From the NCBI RefSeq assembly GCF_964213995.1, contig NC_135824.1:52452001-52516000 (forward strand): a stretch of 64,000 bases of DNA, read 5' to 3'. Source of the DNA: Mustelus asterias. Taxonomy: Eukaryota. Within the stretch, counting starts at the first letter, position 1. Each line of letters starts with the position of its first letter. Below are positions 32,999 to 45,949 of this stretch, one piece after another. The notes under the pieces were generated by a model, which worked only from the letters and a program-made list of their open reading frames with translations, searched no databases and was not told where the DNA came from. The position numbers and the translations under genes were made by a program.

Positions 32999-34770
32999 TA
33001 GGGAATCTATGCGTGGAACCAGAGGAAATGGGCGAGGTATTAAATGAGTACTTTGCGTCAGTATTCACCAAAGAGAAGGACTTGGTGGGTGACGAGTCTG
33101 AGAAAGGGTTTGTAAATAGTTTGAGTCATGTTGAGATCAAAAAGGTGGTGGTATTGGGGTTCTTGAGAAACATTAAGGTAGACAAGTCCCCAGGGCCCGA
33201 TGGGATATACCCCAGAATATTGAGAGAGGCAAGGGCGGAAAATGCTGGGGTTTTGAAAGAAATCTTTTGTATCCTCATTGGCTACAGGGGAGGTCCCAAA
33301 GGATTGGAGAATAGCCAATGTTGTTCCTTTGTTTAAGAAGGGTAGCAAGAATAATCCAGGTAATTACAGGCCGGTGAGCCTTACATCAGTGGTAGGGAAA
33401 TTATTGGAGAGGATTCTTCGAGACAGGATTTACTCCCACTTGGAAATAAGTGGACGTATTAGTGAGAGGCAACATGGTTTTGTGAAGGGGAGGTCGTGTC
33501 TCACGAACTTGATTGAGTTTTTCGAGGAAGTGACGAAGATGATTGATGAGGGTAGGGCAACAGATGTTGTCTACATGGACTTCAGTAAGGCCTTGACAAA
33601 GTCCCTCATGGCAGACTGGTGCAGAAGGTGAAGTCGCATGGGATCAGAGGTGAGCTGGCAAGGTGGATACAGAACTTCGGTCATAGAAGACAGATGGTAG
33701 CAGTGGAAGGGTGCGTTTCTGAATGGAGGGCTGTGACAAGTGGAGTTCCTCGGGATCAGTACTGGGACCTTTGCTGTTTGTAATATATTATATATAGAAA
33801 AATGATTTGGAGGAAAACGTAACTGGTTTGATTAATAAATTTACGAACAACACTAAGGTTAATGAACCCCAATACCACCTTTTTGATCTCAACATGAGGA
33901 CCATCAGAGGATATAGATCGGTTGAAGACTTGGGCGGAGAGATGGCAGATGGAGTTTAATCCGGACAAATGTGAGGTAATGTGTTTTGGAAGGTCTAATA
34001 CAGATAGGAAATATGCAGTAAATGGCACAACCCTTAAAAATATTGATAGGCAGAGGGATCTGGGTGTACAAGTACAGAGGTCACTGAAAATGGCAACGCA
34101 GGTGGGGAAGGTAGTCAAGAAGGCATACGGCATGCTTGCCTTCATCGGCCAGGGAATTGAGTTTAAAAATTGGCAAGTCATGTTGCAGCTTTATAGAACC
34201 TGAGTTAGGCCGCACTTGGAACATAGTGTTCAATTCTGGTCACCACACTATCAGAAGGATGGGGAGGCTTTGGAGAGGGTACAGAAATGATTTACCAGGA
34301 TGTTGCCTGGCATGGAGGGCATTAGCTATGAGGAGAAGTTGGGGAAACTTGGTTTGTTCTCACTGGAACGACGGAGGTTGAGGGGCGACCTGATAGAAGT
34401 TTACAAGATTATGAGGGGCATGGACAGAGTGGATAGTCAGAAGCTTTTTCCCAGGATGGAAGCGTCAATTACTAGGGGGCACAGGTTTAAGGTGCGAGGG
34501 GCAAGGTTTAAAAGAGATGTATGAGGCAAGTTTTTTTTTTTTTACACAGAGGGTGGTGGGTGCCTAGAACTCACTGCCGGGGGAGGTAGTGGAAGCAGAT
34601 ACGATAGTGACTTTTAAGGGGAGTCTTGACAAATATATGAATAGGATGGGAATAGATGGATATGGTGCCCGGAAGGATAGGGGGCTTTAGTTCAGTCAGG
34701 CAGCATGGTCAGTGCAGGCTTGTAGGGCCGAAGGGCCTGTTACTGTGCTGTAATTTTCTTTGTTCTTCTT
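32999..34770 (+). mobile_element. CR1-clade LINE, about 1.8 kb 5'-truncated copy with a decayed reverse transcriptase
   Basis: KSPGPDGIYP, WRIANVVPLFKKG, NYRPVSL, QHGFVKGRSCLTNL and YMDFSKA motifs; several stops and frameshifts. Confidence 0.95.
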
Positions 34771-34799
34771 TGACAGCATCCCTGGAGTCTTATATCTTT

Positions 34800-35160
34800 C
34801 TAGAATAGAACCATGGTATCCTCACATTGCAGAGAGAGGCCATTTGGCCTGTCAAGTCTGTACCGACTCTCTGACAGAGTATCTTACCCAGGCTCTCTCT
34901 TCCGCTCTAATCCTGTAACCCCACACATTTACCCCGCAAATCTAATCAACCTACATATCGTGGGACACTAAGGGACAATTTAGCATGGCCAATCAACCTA
35001 ACCTGCACATCTTTGGGCTGTGGGAGGAAACCGGAGCACCCGGATGAAACCCACGCAGACACGAGGAGAACATGCAAACTCCACATGGTCACCCAAGGCC
35101 GGAATTGAACCCGGGTCCCTGGCGCTGTGCAATAGCAGTGCTAAACACTGTGCCACCGTG
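34800..35160 (-). mobile_element. V-SINE
   Basis: Reverse-complement head, core and tail. Confidence 0.88.
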
Positions 35161-35267
35161 TCCATGGAACCATTTCCCTGAGAGAATCAGGTCATGGTGA
35201 GAAGATATTGATGCATCAATGTTAACAAGTTGCGAAGCGAACAGGGAAGTTAAATAATTAAACCCAC

Positions 35268-35361
35268 CATGAACACCACAATTGAGATGCAGCACCAGCC
35301 CAGAGCAACGTAATATCCTGTTCTCCCAAAGATCAGCCCAGCCACGACTCCAGTGATCATC
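35268..35361 (-). CDS. YIF1B: YIF1B coding exon 7: [31 protein letters not shown]
   Basis: 94 nt, acceptor ttcttacccacag, donor ATG|GTGGGT; follows a 102-nt intron. Confidence 0.96.
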
Positions 35362-35463
35362 CTGTGGGTAAGAAATCAGGCGTTTTACAGATGACTACAG
35401 ACTTGCTTACTGCAATGACAACGGCGCCCACGGGGCCACCGACTCCATCGCTCACACACCTAC

Positions 35464-35619
35464 CCAACATACTTGTACCCGGCAAAAGCAACGAGATCGA
35501 TGGTGGTTAAGTCTGTGTTCACCGTGACCAGGTAGAGGCTGAGCAGGATAGCGAGCACCTCAATGACCAGCCAGATTAACGCTGAGCTGGCCTGCATCCC
35601 CAAAATCTCTGGAGAGAAC
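35464..35619 (-). CDS. YIF1B: YIF1B coding exon 6: [51 protein letters not shown](G)
   Basis: 156 nt, acceptor ttccccacag, donor GG|GTAGGT; [12 protein letters not shown] is YIF1B-type rather than YIF1A-type. Confidence 0.97.
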
Positions 35620-35959
35620 CTGTGGGGAAGAGAAATAAGTTAGTAAATGCTGGGTGTGCATCAGCATCTGCCTAGAAACCGTGGCACGATGAAAGACTGG
35701 GGGGCGATACACTTTATCGTGCAGAGACAGTACGGATTTGAATTCTTGGCCAATTCCGGTCACTCAGCGATGGAATTACTTCCCAGAGGAATCCTCTCTC
35801 GTACACTACCCAGCAGCCAGCCAGAGAACAGCATTAACTACAACACGTTTGTCATCGACTTTGGAATAGCACATTGTTTTGGGATGGGAGAATGAACATA
35901 TGAATCACAATAAAGAATTACAAACAGAGGAAGTGCTTGAAGCAAGAAAGTATTCCTCA

Positions 35960-36360
35960 GGCTGTGGTTCAGTGGGTAAAATTGTCCTCACCGAGTCAGA
36001 AGACTGTGGGTTCAAGTCCCAGGAGAACTAAAATCCTGGCGACACTCCAGTGGAGTACCAAGGCAGTGCCGCAGTGCCAAGGGAGTGCCGCAGTGTTGGA
36101 GGTGTGGTCTTTTGGATGCCACTTTGAACGGAAATCCCGACTGTCCCATCAGATTGGCATTAAAAAATCCCCTGGCATTATTTTGAGGAGGGGAATTTTC
36201 CCCAGTGCCCTGTCCAATATTTCTCGCTCAACCAACATCATCAAAAAGAAAACTACACAGGTTATCTGGTTGCTATTGTGGGAACTTGCGCTGTGCAAAT
36301 TGGCTTCTGCATTCTCTACATCACTATATTTTGACTGTAAAGCACTTTGAGATGTCCTAA
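35960..36360 (+). mobile_element. Deu-domain SINE (SacSINE1/AmnSINE1-like); related remnants at about 19480-19830 and 47735-48005
   Basis: tRNA-like head (GGTTCAGTGGGT...GGTTCAAGTCC), Deu-like core GTGCCGCAGTGTTGGAGGTG...CCCTGGCATTATTTTGA...CCAATATTT, tail CTGTAAAGCACTTTGAGATGTCC; family assignment from recall. Confidence 0.65.
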
Positions 36361-36515
36361 AGTCAAGCAAATTTTGTGCCAGCGCCCGGTCCCACTTCTG
36401 AAACATAATACATGAATAATGGTGAATCCCAATGGCCATTCTACTTAAACATCCTCAACACCCAGTTAGAGCAGAAAATGGGAAGCACCAAATGATGCGA
36501 CAAGAGGATCCTCAC

Positions 36516-36573
36516 CTGCTTTGAGTTCCAAGAGCAAACCCAGCTACCAGTAAGTATGTGATGAACGCCATTG
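36516..36573 (-). CDS. YIF1B: YIF1B coding exon 5: (A)MAFITYLLVAGFALGTQS(R)
   Basis: 58 nt, acceptor ctctctctcttcag, donor AG|GTGAGG. Confidence 0.96.
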
Positions 36574-36794
36574 CTGAAGAGAGAGAGAAGAGGACATAAG
36601 ACAGGGCGTGGACAGAGAGTCACGGTACATTGAACCAGTCTGCAATGAATATTTAATGACTTGTCTTTCACAATATTGTAAGCACCAACCAAAATGTGTG
36701 GTCACGCAATCAAATGCAATGAGCCTGACATAAGCGCAACACAAGTCTCTGCCCCCGCCCACATTCCGAGGACTCAATGAGCAATGCACAGCTA

Positions 36795-37100
36795 TGTGGC
36801 ACAGTGGTTAGCACTGCTGACTCACAGCGCCAAGAACCCAGGTTCGATTCCCGACTTGGGTCACTGTCTGTGTGGAGTCTGCACCTTCTCCCCGTGTCTG
36901 CGTCGGCTTCCTCCGGGTGCTCCAGTTTCCTCCCATAGTCCAAAAGATGTGCTGGTTAGGTGCATCGGCCCTGCTAAATTCTCCCTCACTGTACCTGGAC
37001 AGGGACTGGATTGTGCTGACTAGGGGGATTTTCATGGTAACTTAATTGCAGTGTCAATGTAAGCCTACTTGTGACACGAATAAAATAAACTTTAAACTTT
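36795..37100 (+). mobile_element. Tail-2 V-SINE
   Basis: Head, V-core and tail-2 ending AATAAAATAAACTTTAAAC. Confidence 0.9.
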
Positions 37101-37117
37101 TTAAAGCACGCTGGCAG

Positions 37118-38460
37118 TCATAAGAACATAAGAACTAGGAGCAGGAATAGGCCATCTGGCCCCTTGAGCCTGCTCCGCCATTCAAGAAGATCATGGCTGA
37201 TCTTTTCGTGGACTCAGCTCCACTTACCTGCCCGCTCACCATAACCCTTAATTCAAAGAACAAGAACAAAGAACAAAACAGCACAGGAACAGGCCCTTCG
37301 GCCCTCCAAGCCTGCGCCACTCATGTGCCCAACTAGACCATTTGTTTGTATCCCTCTATTCCCAGTCTGTTCATGTGGCTATCTAGATAAGTCTTAAACG
37401 ATCCCAGCGTGTCCGCCTCAATCACCTTGCTTGGGTGTGCATTCCAGGCCCCCACCACCCTCTGCGTAAAATACGTCCCCCTGACATCTGTGTTGAACCT
37501 TGCACCCCTCACCTTGAACCTTGCACCCCTCACCTTGAACCTGTGACCCCTTGTGTTCGTCACCTCCGACCTGGGAAAAAGCTTCCCACTGTTCACCCTA
37601 TCTATGCCCTTCATAATTTTATACACCTCTATTAGGTCACCCCTCATCCTCCAACTTTCCAGGGAGAACATCCCCAGTTTACCCAATCTCTCCTCATAGC
37701 TAAGACCCTCCATACCAGGCAACATCCTGGTAAACCTTTTCTGTACTCTCTCCAAAGCCTCCACGTCCTTCTGGTAGTGTGGCGACCAGAACTGGACGCA
37801 GTATTCCAAATGTGGCCTAACCAACGTTCTATACAGCTGCAACATCATATGCCAACTTTTATATTCTATGCCCCGTCCAATAAAGGCAAGCATGCCATAT
37901 GCCTTCTTCACCACCCTCTCCACCTGTGCTGCCACCTTTAAGGATCTGTGGACTTGTACACCCAGGTCCCTCTGTGTGTCTATACTCCTGATGGTTCTGC
38001 CATTTACTGTATAGCTCCCCCTTACATTAGATCTACCGAAATGCATCACTTCGCATTTATCTGGATTAAATTCCATCTGCCATTTCTCCGCCCAATGTTC
38101 CAGCCTATCTATATCCTGCTGTATTCTCTGACAATGTTCAACACGATCCGCAACTCCAGCAATCTTTGTGTCGTCTACAAACTTCCTTCCTTTACTGTTC
38201 AAAAATGTATCTATCCTTGCCTTACAAACATTCAATGAGGTAGCCTCAATTGCTTCACTGGGCAGAGAATTCCACAGATTCACAACCCTTTGGGTGAAGA
38301 AGTTCCCCTTCAACTCAGTCCTAAATCTGCTTCCCCTTATTTTCAGGCCATGCCCCCTAGTTCTAGTTTCACCTGCCAGTAGAAACAACCTCCCTGCTTC
38401 TATCTTATGTATTCCCTTCATCTTATGTTTCTATAAGATCTCCCCTCATTCTTCTGAATT
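37118..38460 (-). mobile_element. Nested CR1 LINEs: a young copy (about 37256-38180) inside the 3' end of another copy
   Basis: ORF 37333-38421 is chimeric, with two successive TRGH/FFTQRVV C-termini and an FVDDTKI RT motif between them. Confidence 0.9.
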
Positions 38461-38605
38461 CCTAAGATGAAGATATCAGAGGGCGGCTGGTGAATGAGTA
38501 GCGGTAATTCCAAGACTTTGTTTGCAAATTGACCAGAAATGTTGATCCCCTCAGGAAACCTTGCCAGCGACGTTGCAAATTCTACAGGTCAAGACAAAGC
38601 TTTGA

Positions 38606-38955
38606 GGGCGGCACGGTAGCACAGTGGTTAGCACTGCTGCTTCACAGCTCCAGGGACCTGGGTTCGATTCCCAGCTTGGGTCACTGTCTGTGTGGAGTTT
38701 GCACATTCTCCTCGTGTCTGCGTGGGTTTCCTCCGGGTGCTCCGGTTTCCTCCCACGGTCCAAAGATGTGCGGGTTAGGTTAATTGGCCATGCTAAAAAT
38801 TGTCCCTTAGTGTCCTGAGATGTGTAGGTTAGAGGATTAGTGGGTAAATGTGTAGGGATAAGGGGGTAGGGCCTGGCTGGGATTGTGGTCGGTGCAGACT
38901 CGATGGGCCAAATGGCCTCTTTCTGCACTGTAGGGATTCTATGATTCTATTCTAT
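38606..38955 (+). mobile_element. Full-length young HE1-type V-SINE
   Basis: GGGCGGCACGGTAGCACAGTGG head, B-box GGTTCGATTCC, tail ending in ATTCTATG repeats. Confidence 0.94.
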
Positions 38956-39338
38956 GAAAGCCAGTTTCACATTGTTGGGAGTCAGAGCTTACCCACACCG
39001 CTCAGAGTGTGAGAAACCACGCCATAACTGGGACGTGGTTCATGATTCACGCTCTCTGAAGACTATGGGTAAAATCACTCCCCCAGTAGCGGGGGTGCTC
39101 ATCACCGATCCGTGTGTTGAACCTCACAAATATTATGATTGTAACAAACAAAAAAAAACCCCAAAATACTGCAGATGCTGAAATATACAGCAGGTCTGGC
39201 AGCATCTGCGCAGTGAGAATCTTTTCAGATCTTTGACCTTTCACCAGAACTGGGCTGATCAGAGCGTCAGCCCACTTCCCCACTCGATCCAGAAACACTT
39301 CATGAGGCTGATTAATACTATACAGAGGTCGCACCTAC

Positions 39339-39417
39339 CTGGAATATATAAATCGGGAGCATTCACTTCGACCCTCGGGGCCACAGGGCTGTCCTGCTGG
39401 TATCGTACTTCCCAGCT
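39339..39417 (-). CDS. YIF1B: YIF1B coding exon 4: SWEVRYQQDSPVAPRVEVNAPDLYIP
   Basis: 79 nt, acceptor gagacag, donor CAG|GTAGGT; NAPDLYIP Yip1-domain motif. Confidence 0.96.
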
Positions 39418-39514
39418 CTGTCTCACAGAATTAAAGCAATAATTAGTTTGACAACAATCACACGAACTGAATGGGAAAACCTCCTCTTGGTCACTTCAGG
39501 AGAAAGTATATGAA

Positions 39515-40680
39515 CATGCAAATTAGGAGCAGAGGTAGGCCACTCAGCCCCTCGAGCCCGCTCCGTCATTCAGTAAGATCTTGGCTGATCTGATTGTAAC
39601 CTCAACCCTACATTCCTGCCTACCCCCTATAATCTTCCAGCCCCTTGTTAATCAAGAATCTATCTCACTCTGCCTTAAAAATATTCAAAGACTCTGCTTT
39701 CACTGCCTTTTGAGGAAGAGAGATCCAAAGACTCTCAACCCTCAGCGTATAAAATTCTCCTCATCTGTCTTAAACGAGCGACCCCTTATTTTTAAAGTGA
39801 CCCCCCCCCCCCCACTAGTTCTAGGTTCTCCGACAAGCAGAAACACCCACCCCACATCTACCCTGTCAACATTGCTCAAGATCTTAAACGTTTTGATCAC
39901 GTTGCCTCTTTCTTGTTCTAAACGCTAGTGGATGCAAGCTTAGCCTCTCCAACCGTTCCTCGTTCAGGCAACCCGCTCATTCCTGGTATTAGTCTAGGGT
40001 ACTCAGAGGTTCCCAACTAGTGGCCCCAAAAGTGGACCGCAAAATAAACTATGTGGCCGGCATCGCCAAGTCCCGATGAATCTCGGGCCTCCCACGCATG
40101 TGCCAGCTGGGATTGGGTCACACATGTGCAATTTGGATTGTTTTTAATATCGTGTTTGCGTGTATATTTATTGTTGTCACAAGTAGGCATACATCAACAC
40201 TGCAATGAAGTTACTGTGAAAATTCCTTACTCGCCACACTCGGGCGCCTGTTTGGGCACACTGAGGGAGAATTTAGCATGGCCAATGCACCTAACCAGCA
40301 CGTCTTTCGGACTTGTGGGAGGAAACCCACGCAGACACGGGGAGAACATGCAAACTGTACACAGGCACCCAAGCCCGGAATCGAACCTGGGTCCCTGGCG
40401 CTGAGGCAGCAATGCTAACCACTGTGCCACCGTTGGTGATTCGAGTTGTGCATGCGCCAGCTGGGAATGGGCCACAAATGCGCAGTTTGGATTTTGTACA
40501 TTGGCACAAGGACCCTAACTGATGTGTAAAATTCAGAATGGCGCATGCACGGCCCATTCCAGGCCGGCGCACGCAAGTTTCGGATTGTCAACATAAAACA
40601 TTCCGAACCGTGCATGTGCGGTCCTTTCCTGGATGACACAAGCATAGGAGATCCCAGGTTCTTTGGGAATTGGAGTTGAA
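39515..40680. mobile_element. CR1 3' fragment (39515-39995, -), then a hAT-like non-autonomous element (about 40004-40680) carrying a tail-2 V-SINE (40165-40432, -)
   Basis: CR1 tail in reverse complement; CAGAGGTTCCCAAC start and repeated GCGCATGC/GCATGCGC motifs. Confidence 0.6.
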
Positions 40681-41049
40681 GACAGAGGCCTGGTGCACCT
40701 GTGCACAAACATGAAAGGGAGGTTGAGAACAATAACAGGAGAGAAGACAAGGAGAAATTTAAAAAAACAGCGTGGGAAGATGACGCAGGGAAGAAACAGG
40801 AACCAATGAATTTAAGAAAAGGAGAGACAGGCTCCAATATTGTATTGGACACGCAAACGGTGGAGGCTTTCATTGTAAACATCTTAAACGAATGAAAATT
40901 GTGTTAAATGGTGGCTTGACATGTTTTTAGGAGGTTTGGGAGTTTAAAACATTTTGCGAGAGGGCAGTTCAGTTGGAGAGAATAAGAGGTCTGCCTCAGA
41001 TGTTTTTATAATATAAAGGTGTGCCGTGAACTAAAGTTTGGGAATCACT

Positions 41050-43085
41050 GGTCGAGTAAACCTCCGAGCTGTTTCTAATGCATTTACATCTTTCCTTAGA
41101 TAAGGAGACCAACACCGTACACAATACTCCAGATGCGGCCTCACCTGTACTAAAGCATAAACCTTCCTACATTTGCAATTAATTGATGTCATATACATGG
41201 ATTTTAGTAAGGCGTTTGATAAGGTCCCCCATGGTCGGCTTATGATGAAAGTGAGGTGGTGTGGGATAGAGGGAAAGTTGGCCGATTGGATAGGTAACTG
41301 GCTGTCTGATCGAAGACAGAGGGTGGTGGTGGATGGAAAATTTTCGGATTGGAGGCAGGTTGCTAGCGGAGTGCCACAGGGATCAGTGCTTGGTCCTCTG
41401 CTCTTTGTGATTTTTATTAATGACTTAGAGGAGGGGGCTGAAGGGTGGATCAGTAAATTTGCTGATGACACCAAGATTGGTGGAGTAGTGGATGAGGTGG
41501 AGGGCTGTTGTAGGCTGCAAAGAGACATAGATAGGATGCAAAGCTGGGCTGAAAAATGGCAAATGGAGTTTAACCCTGATTCATTTTGGTAGGACTAATT
41601 TAAATGTGGATTACAGGGTCAAAGGTAGGGTTCTGAAGACTGTGGAGGAACAGAGGTTCCTCCACAGTCTTCAGAACTGGGGTTCTGAAGACTGGGGTCC
41701 ATATCCACAGATCTCTAAAGGTTGCCACTCAAGAGGATAGAGCTGTGAAGAAGGCCTATAGTGTGTTAGCTTTTATTAACAGGGGGTTGGAGTTTAAGAG
41801 CCGTGGGGTTATGCTGCAACTGTACAGGACCATGGTGAGACCACATTTGGAATATTGTGTGCAGTTCTGGTCACCTCACTATAAGAAGGATGTGGAAGCG
41901 CTGGAAAGAGTGCAGAGGAGATTTACCAGGATTTGGGAGGTTTGGAGGGTAGGTCTTATGAGGAAAGGTTGAGGGAGCTAGGGCTGTTCTCTCTGGAGCG
42001 GAGGAGGCTGAGGGGAGACTTAATAGAGGTTTATAAAATAATGAAGGGGATAGATAGAGTGAACATTCAAAGACTATTTCCTCGGGTGGATGGAGCTGTT
42101 ACAAGGGGGCATAACTATAGGATTCGTGGTGGGAGAAACAGGAAGGATATCAGAGGTAGGTTCTTTACGCAGAGAGTGGTTGGGGCGTGGAATGGACTGC
42201 CTGCAGTGATAGTGGAGTCAGACACTTTAGGAACATTTAAGCGGTTATTGGATAGGCACATGGAGCACACCAGGATGATAGGGAGTGGGATAGCTTGATC
42301 TTGGTTTCAGATAAAGCTCGGCACAACATCGTGGGCCGAAGGGCCTGTTCTGTGCTGTACTGTTCTATGTTCTAATTCCCCTCACAATAAATGATAACAT
42401 TCTATTAACTTTCCTAATTACTTGCTGTACTTGCCTTTTGTGATTCATGCACTTGGACACTCAGGTCCCTCTGCAAATCAGAGCTCTGTAATCTCTAACC
42501 ATTTAGACAGTAAGCTTCTTTCTCCACCCCATTAACCAGCTGATCTCCTGCAGTACTACGCTTAGATCATTATTTTTAATGCATTTTTATTGTGAGCATT
42601 TCTGGCCATCAGACCTTAGGAAGGATATACTGACTTTGGAGGAAGCGCAAGGGGAATTACCAGAATGATACCCGGATTTCAAGGGTTAAATTATGAGTTG
42701 AGATTACTAAAACTAGGGTTGCACTCCCTGGAATTTAGAATGTTAAGATTTCATCCAAGTAATTAAGACATTGAGGGGAACAGACAAAGTAGATTTGGAG
42801 AAATTATTTTTGCTGGTTGGGAAGTCGAGGACTAGGTGGAGAATAGTCTAAAACATTAGACCCCCTCAGAAGCGAAATTAAGCAGTAATTCTACATGCAG
42901 GGTGGTGTTTGGAACTCACCTCTGCAAATGGCAACTGGTGCTAGATCGATGATTAATTTAAAAAATATGAATGATAAGATTCTTGTTACCCAAAGGTGTG
43001 AAGGGATTTGGGGCAAAGGCAGGTATATGGGGTTAGGTTGCAGATCAGTCTTGAAGGGCCAAATGGTCTTCTCCTGTTCCTATAT
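41050..43085. mobile_element. CR1 cluster: a plus-strand RT-containing copy (41180-42372) nested in a minus-strand copy, then a decayed copy (42600-43085, +)
   Basis: [22 protein letters not shown] and [10 protein letters not shown] motifs in ORF 41173-41592. Confidence 0.92.
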
Positions 43086-43789
43086 AATCAACTCTTGTTT
43101 TCCCCCACTGTAAATGTCCATTTGTCCCTCAATTAGGAATGTTGACGTACCTCCAGCTCTTCCCCCACCCCCTCCCAGCATGTTACTCTAGTCTCACGCT
43201 ATGAGGTTGATTTTTAATGCCTTCTGGGTAACTTGGGATGGGGTTTCCCAGTGCAAAGACCATCACCGAAACAAAGGGTCCCTCAACACAAACCAGCACC
43301 AGATACGAGAACACTCCTCGAACATCACCCTGCAGACTCTGAGGGACACCTGCATGCCTGTCCTCTCATAGTACAACTGTCAGGTTCAAATCTCCCTTCT
43401 TTGGGGTCCCCTGATGGTGCTCCAGCTACGTCACATTATACCCCTCAATGCTCATGGTACCAAACAGCGACAGAGGGCTGTGCTGGAAGTGAGGAAGTGC
43501 ATGTCCCTCTAAAGATGATTTCATTTTCCTGCTGCTTGGTGCAAAACAGCCCCAGCCGATCGTGGTAAATGGTTCCTAGCCACTGGAAACCTCATTTAAC
43601 AAAACGGTTGTGCAACAGAAAGGAGCTCAAAGGGCCGCATGTCATAACACCTCCCCAAGGACACTCCCAAAGCAAACCGTAGATTTTGAGAACTGATCAC
43701 CTGGTGAACTTATTCTCAGCGTCTCCCACTGACACGAGCTGACAAATGCAACATCTTCCCTGACAACTCAACTTGCAAAGCTTGCAAAA

Positions 43790-44190
43790 GGGCAACACGG
43801 TGGCATAGTGGTTAGCACTGCTGCCTCACAGCGTCGGGGACTCGGTTTCGATTCCCGGCTTAGGTCACTGTCTGTGCAGAGTCTGCACGTTCTCCCCTAT
43901 CTGCGTGGGTTTCCCCCGGGGGACTCCGGTTTCCTCCCGCATTCCAAAGATGTGCAGGTTAGGTGGATTGGCCATGCTAAATTGCCCCTTGGTGTCCAAA
44001 GATGTGCAGGTTAGGTGAATTGGCCATGCTAAATTGCCCCTTAGTGTCCCAAGGTGTGTAGGTTAGGAGGATTAGTTGGATAAACATGGGGTTAGGGCAG
44101 GGAGTGGACCTGGATAGGATGCTCTGTCAGAGAGTTGGTGCAGACTCGATGGGCCGAATGGCCTCCTTCTGCACTGTAGGGATTCTATGA
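43790..44190 (+). mobile_element. V-SINE with a duplicated 52-bp unit
   Basis: Head, core, two 52-bp units and tail. Confidence 0.9.
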
Positions 44191-44333
44191 AATCCCTTCA
44201 CTAGCGGAAGATCCAGTGAGTTTCAAGGCAGTAGCATGACTCGCTTTTTAACCATCGTGTTACACTCTACAGCTTTGCTTTCCTGATTAATAAGCGTCAA
44301 GATGAATCACCAGTGAAAGGCCACCTCTCTTAC

Positions 44334-44438
44334 CTGGTGCATGTAGGGAAAGATGAGGAGTCCCAGCTTCTTTCCGACATAAACAGTGTCCACAGCAAAA
44401 TAATATTTCAATTTGCTCACTGGAATAAGTCGATCGAT
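44334..44438 (-). CDS. YIF1B: YIF1B coding exon 3: [35 protein letters not shown]
   Basis: Acceptor ttctgcag, donor CAG|GTAAGA, 105 nt; [10 protein letters not shown] motif of the Yif1 family. Confidence 0.97.
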
Positions 44439-45329
44439 CTGCAGAAGTCAGGCAAAAAGGGTTCAATCACTCTCCACTACATGGCTTTCAGAACCATACG
44501 GAGGGGTTAAGAAGAAAAACACAGAATGAAAGGTCCCAATGATATGAAAACATTTTAGTCAATCTGTACAGTATTGCTGCTGAGGAATTGAAGACAATGA
44601 CTTGCTCAAATGATCCCTCGACTGGGCGGGAGTCGGGACCTGAAGATTTCTCGGTCAAGACACAGACTTTCAGAGCTAATGAGGCTCTAGTGTCAGACAT
44701 ACTCCTGTAAGGTGGGCTATTCCATAGTCACATCCTCCCCAAACCCTTAGCCAGACCAATCCCAATGAGGAATGGCAAGGTGTGATGTGACTGGGGGCAC
44801 GCGATTGACCAGTTCACTTATGCTGGGGGTCTGTCATGGGTATGGTTGCCAATTCCTCGGTTAAAGGGCTGCTGTCTTTCGGTACACTGCAGCTGGGCTG
44901 ATTGGCAGGAGGGAGAATGGTGAAGCTAGTGGAGTACTGGCCTCAGAGTTAAAGTTTCACCAGGGTACATTCCAGGACCCTCATAGACACTGCTGGGGCA
45001 GAAGCAGAGAATTCTCCTATCGCTGGTGGATGTTACCAGTGCCTTATCATGGTTAGGAATATGTTTGATGCCTTCGACCCTGGATCCTGCATTCACTACC
45101 TCTCCCTTCTTGTGTTTTCTGTTGTTTGCCAGTAAGCCCACCAGTGACATGTCTGACCCCCTTGGAATCTCTAGGAAGCATCTCTTCCTTTTCTTAAAGC
45201 GAATGGGGAGAAGCTTCAAGAGTCCTGCAACGAATCAACTAACCCATCACCTCAGGATGACTCCCCACAAACTGATTGGCGAGCTTTTAATCTATACCGT
45301 AAACGCCAGGCCTGTGAACAAATGAACCC

Positions 45330-45660
45330 ACTGGGCTGCATTTTCCAGCTCTTCCTCGCTGGCGGAATCCTCTGGCCCCGCCAAACATGACACCCTGCGG
45401 CAGGACAGGCAAGCCACGCAAAACCGCGTAGACCAAGAGGGGACTGGGAGATCCTGCCAACAGCCAATGGCAAGCCTCCTTCATTGCCAGTGAAAACATG
45501 CCTTGAGCTGGGGGACGGAGATTCCCGCTTTTGGCTGGAATTTTACTGTCCCACCCGCCAGGGGAATCAGAGCAGGTGAGGGGCGGAACATGGAAAGGTC
45601 TGTTGGCCGCGAACGGGATTTTCCAGTTTCGGGGCGAGCGAGGCCGGAAAATCCCACCCT
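45330..45660. mobile_element. GC-rich MITE(s) with termini resembling GGCxGxATTTT...AAAATCCCxCC (possibly PIF/Harbinger); related copy at about 55680-55800
   Basis: GGGCTGCATTTTCC and GGCTGGAATTTT starts, GGAAAATCCCACCC end; internal similarity to 55690-55790. Confidence 0.5.
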
Positions 45661-45949
45661 TTGTCTCAGTGGGTGATGATTTGACACCAATACAAACAGC
45701 CTTTGATGAAGTACGTCACCCAATCGTAACTCATTCCTGAAACTTTTCTGGAACAATGGTTAATAAATCCTGAAACACCTTTCTCTCAATTTAAACTGCA
45801 ATAGAACCGGTTGTGCCCATTCTCTCTCTCTTCACTCTCTAATTCAAAGTCAACAGTCCATCCAGAGGTAGAATTCTAATGCTACTCATTCCATCCATTG
45901 GAATTTACCAGAGAGAAAGGGGCCTGTACCCACCTTGCCCTGTGTTAAC

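Noticed and set aside
37333-38421. 362-aa ORF as a functional gene or active LINE
   Set aside because: Chance in-frame fusion of two nested 5'-truncated CR1 fragments, lacking most of the RT and the endonuclease.
38606-38680. tRNA gene (A and B boxes) here and at other SINE heads
   Set aside because: tRNA-derived SINE heads that continue into the V-domain; no proper acceptor stem or terminator.
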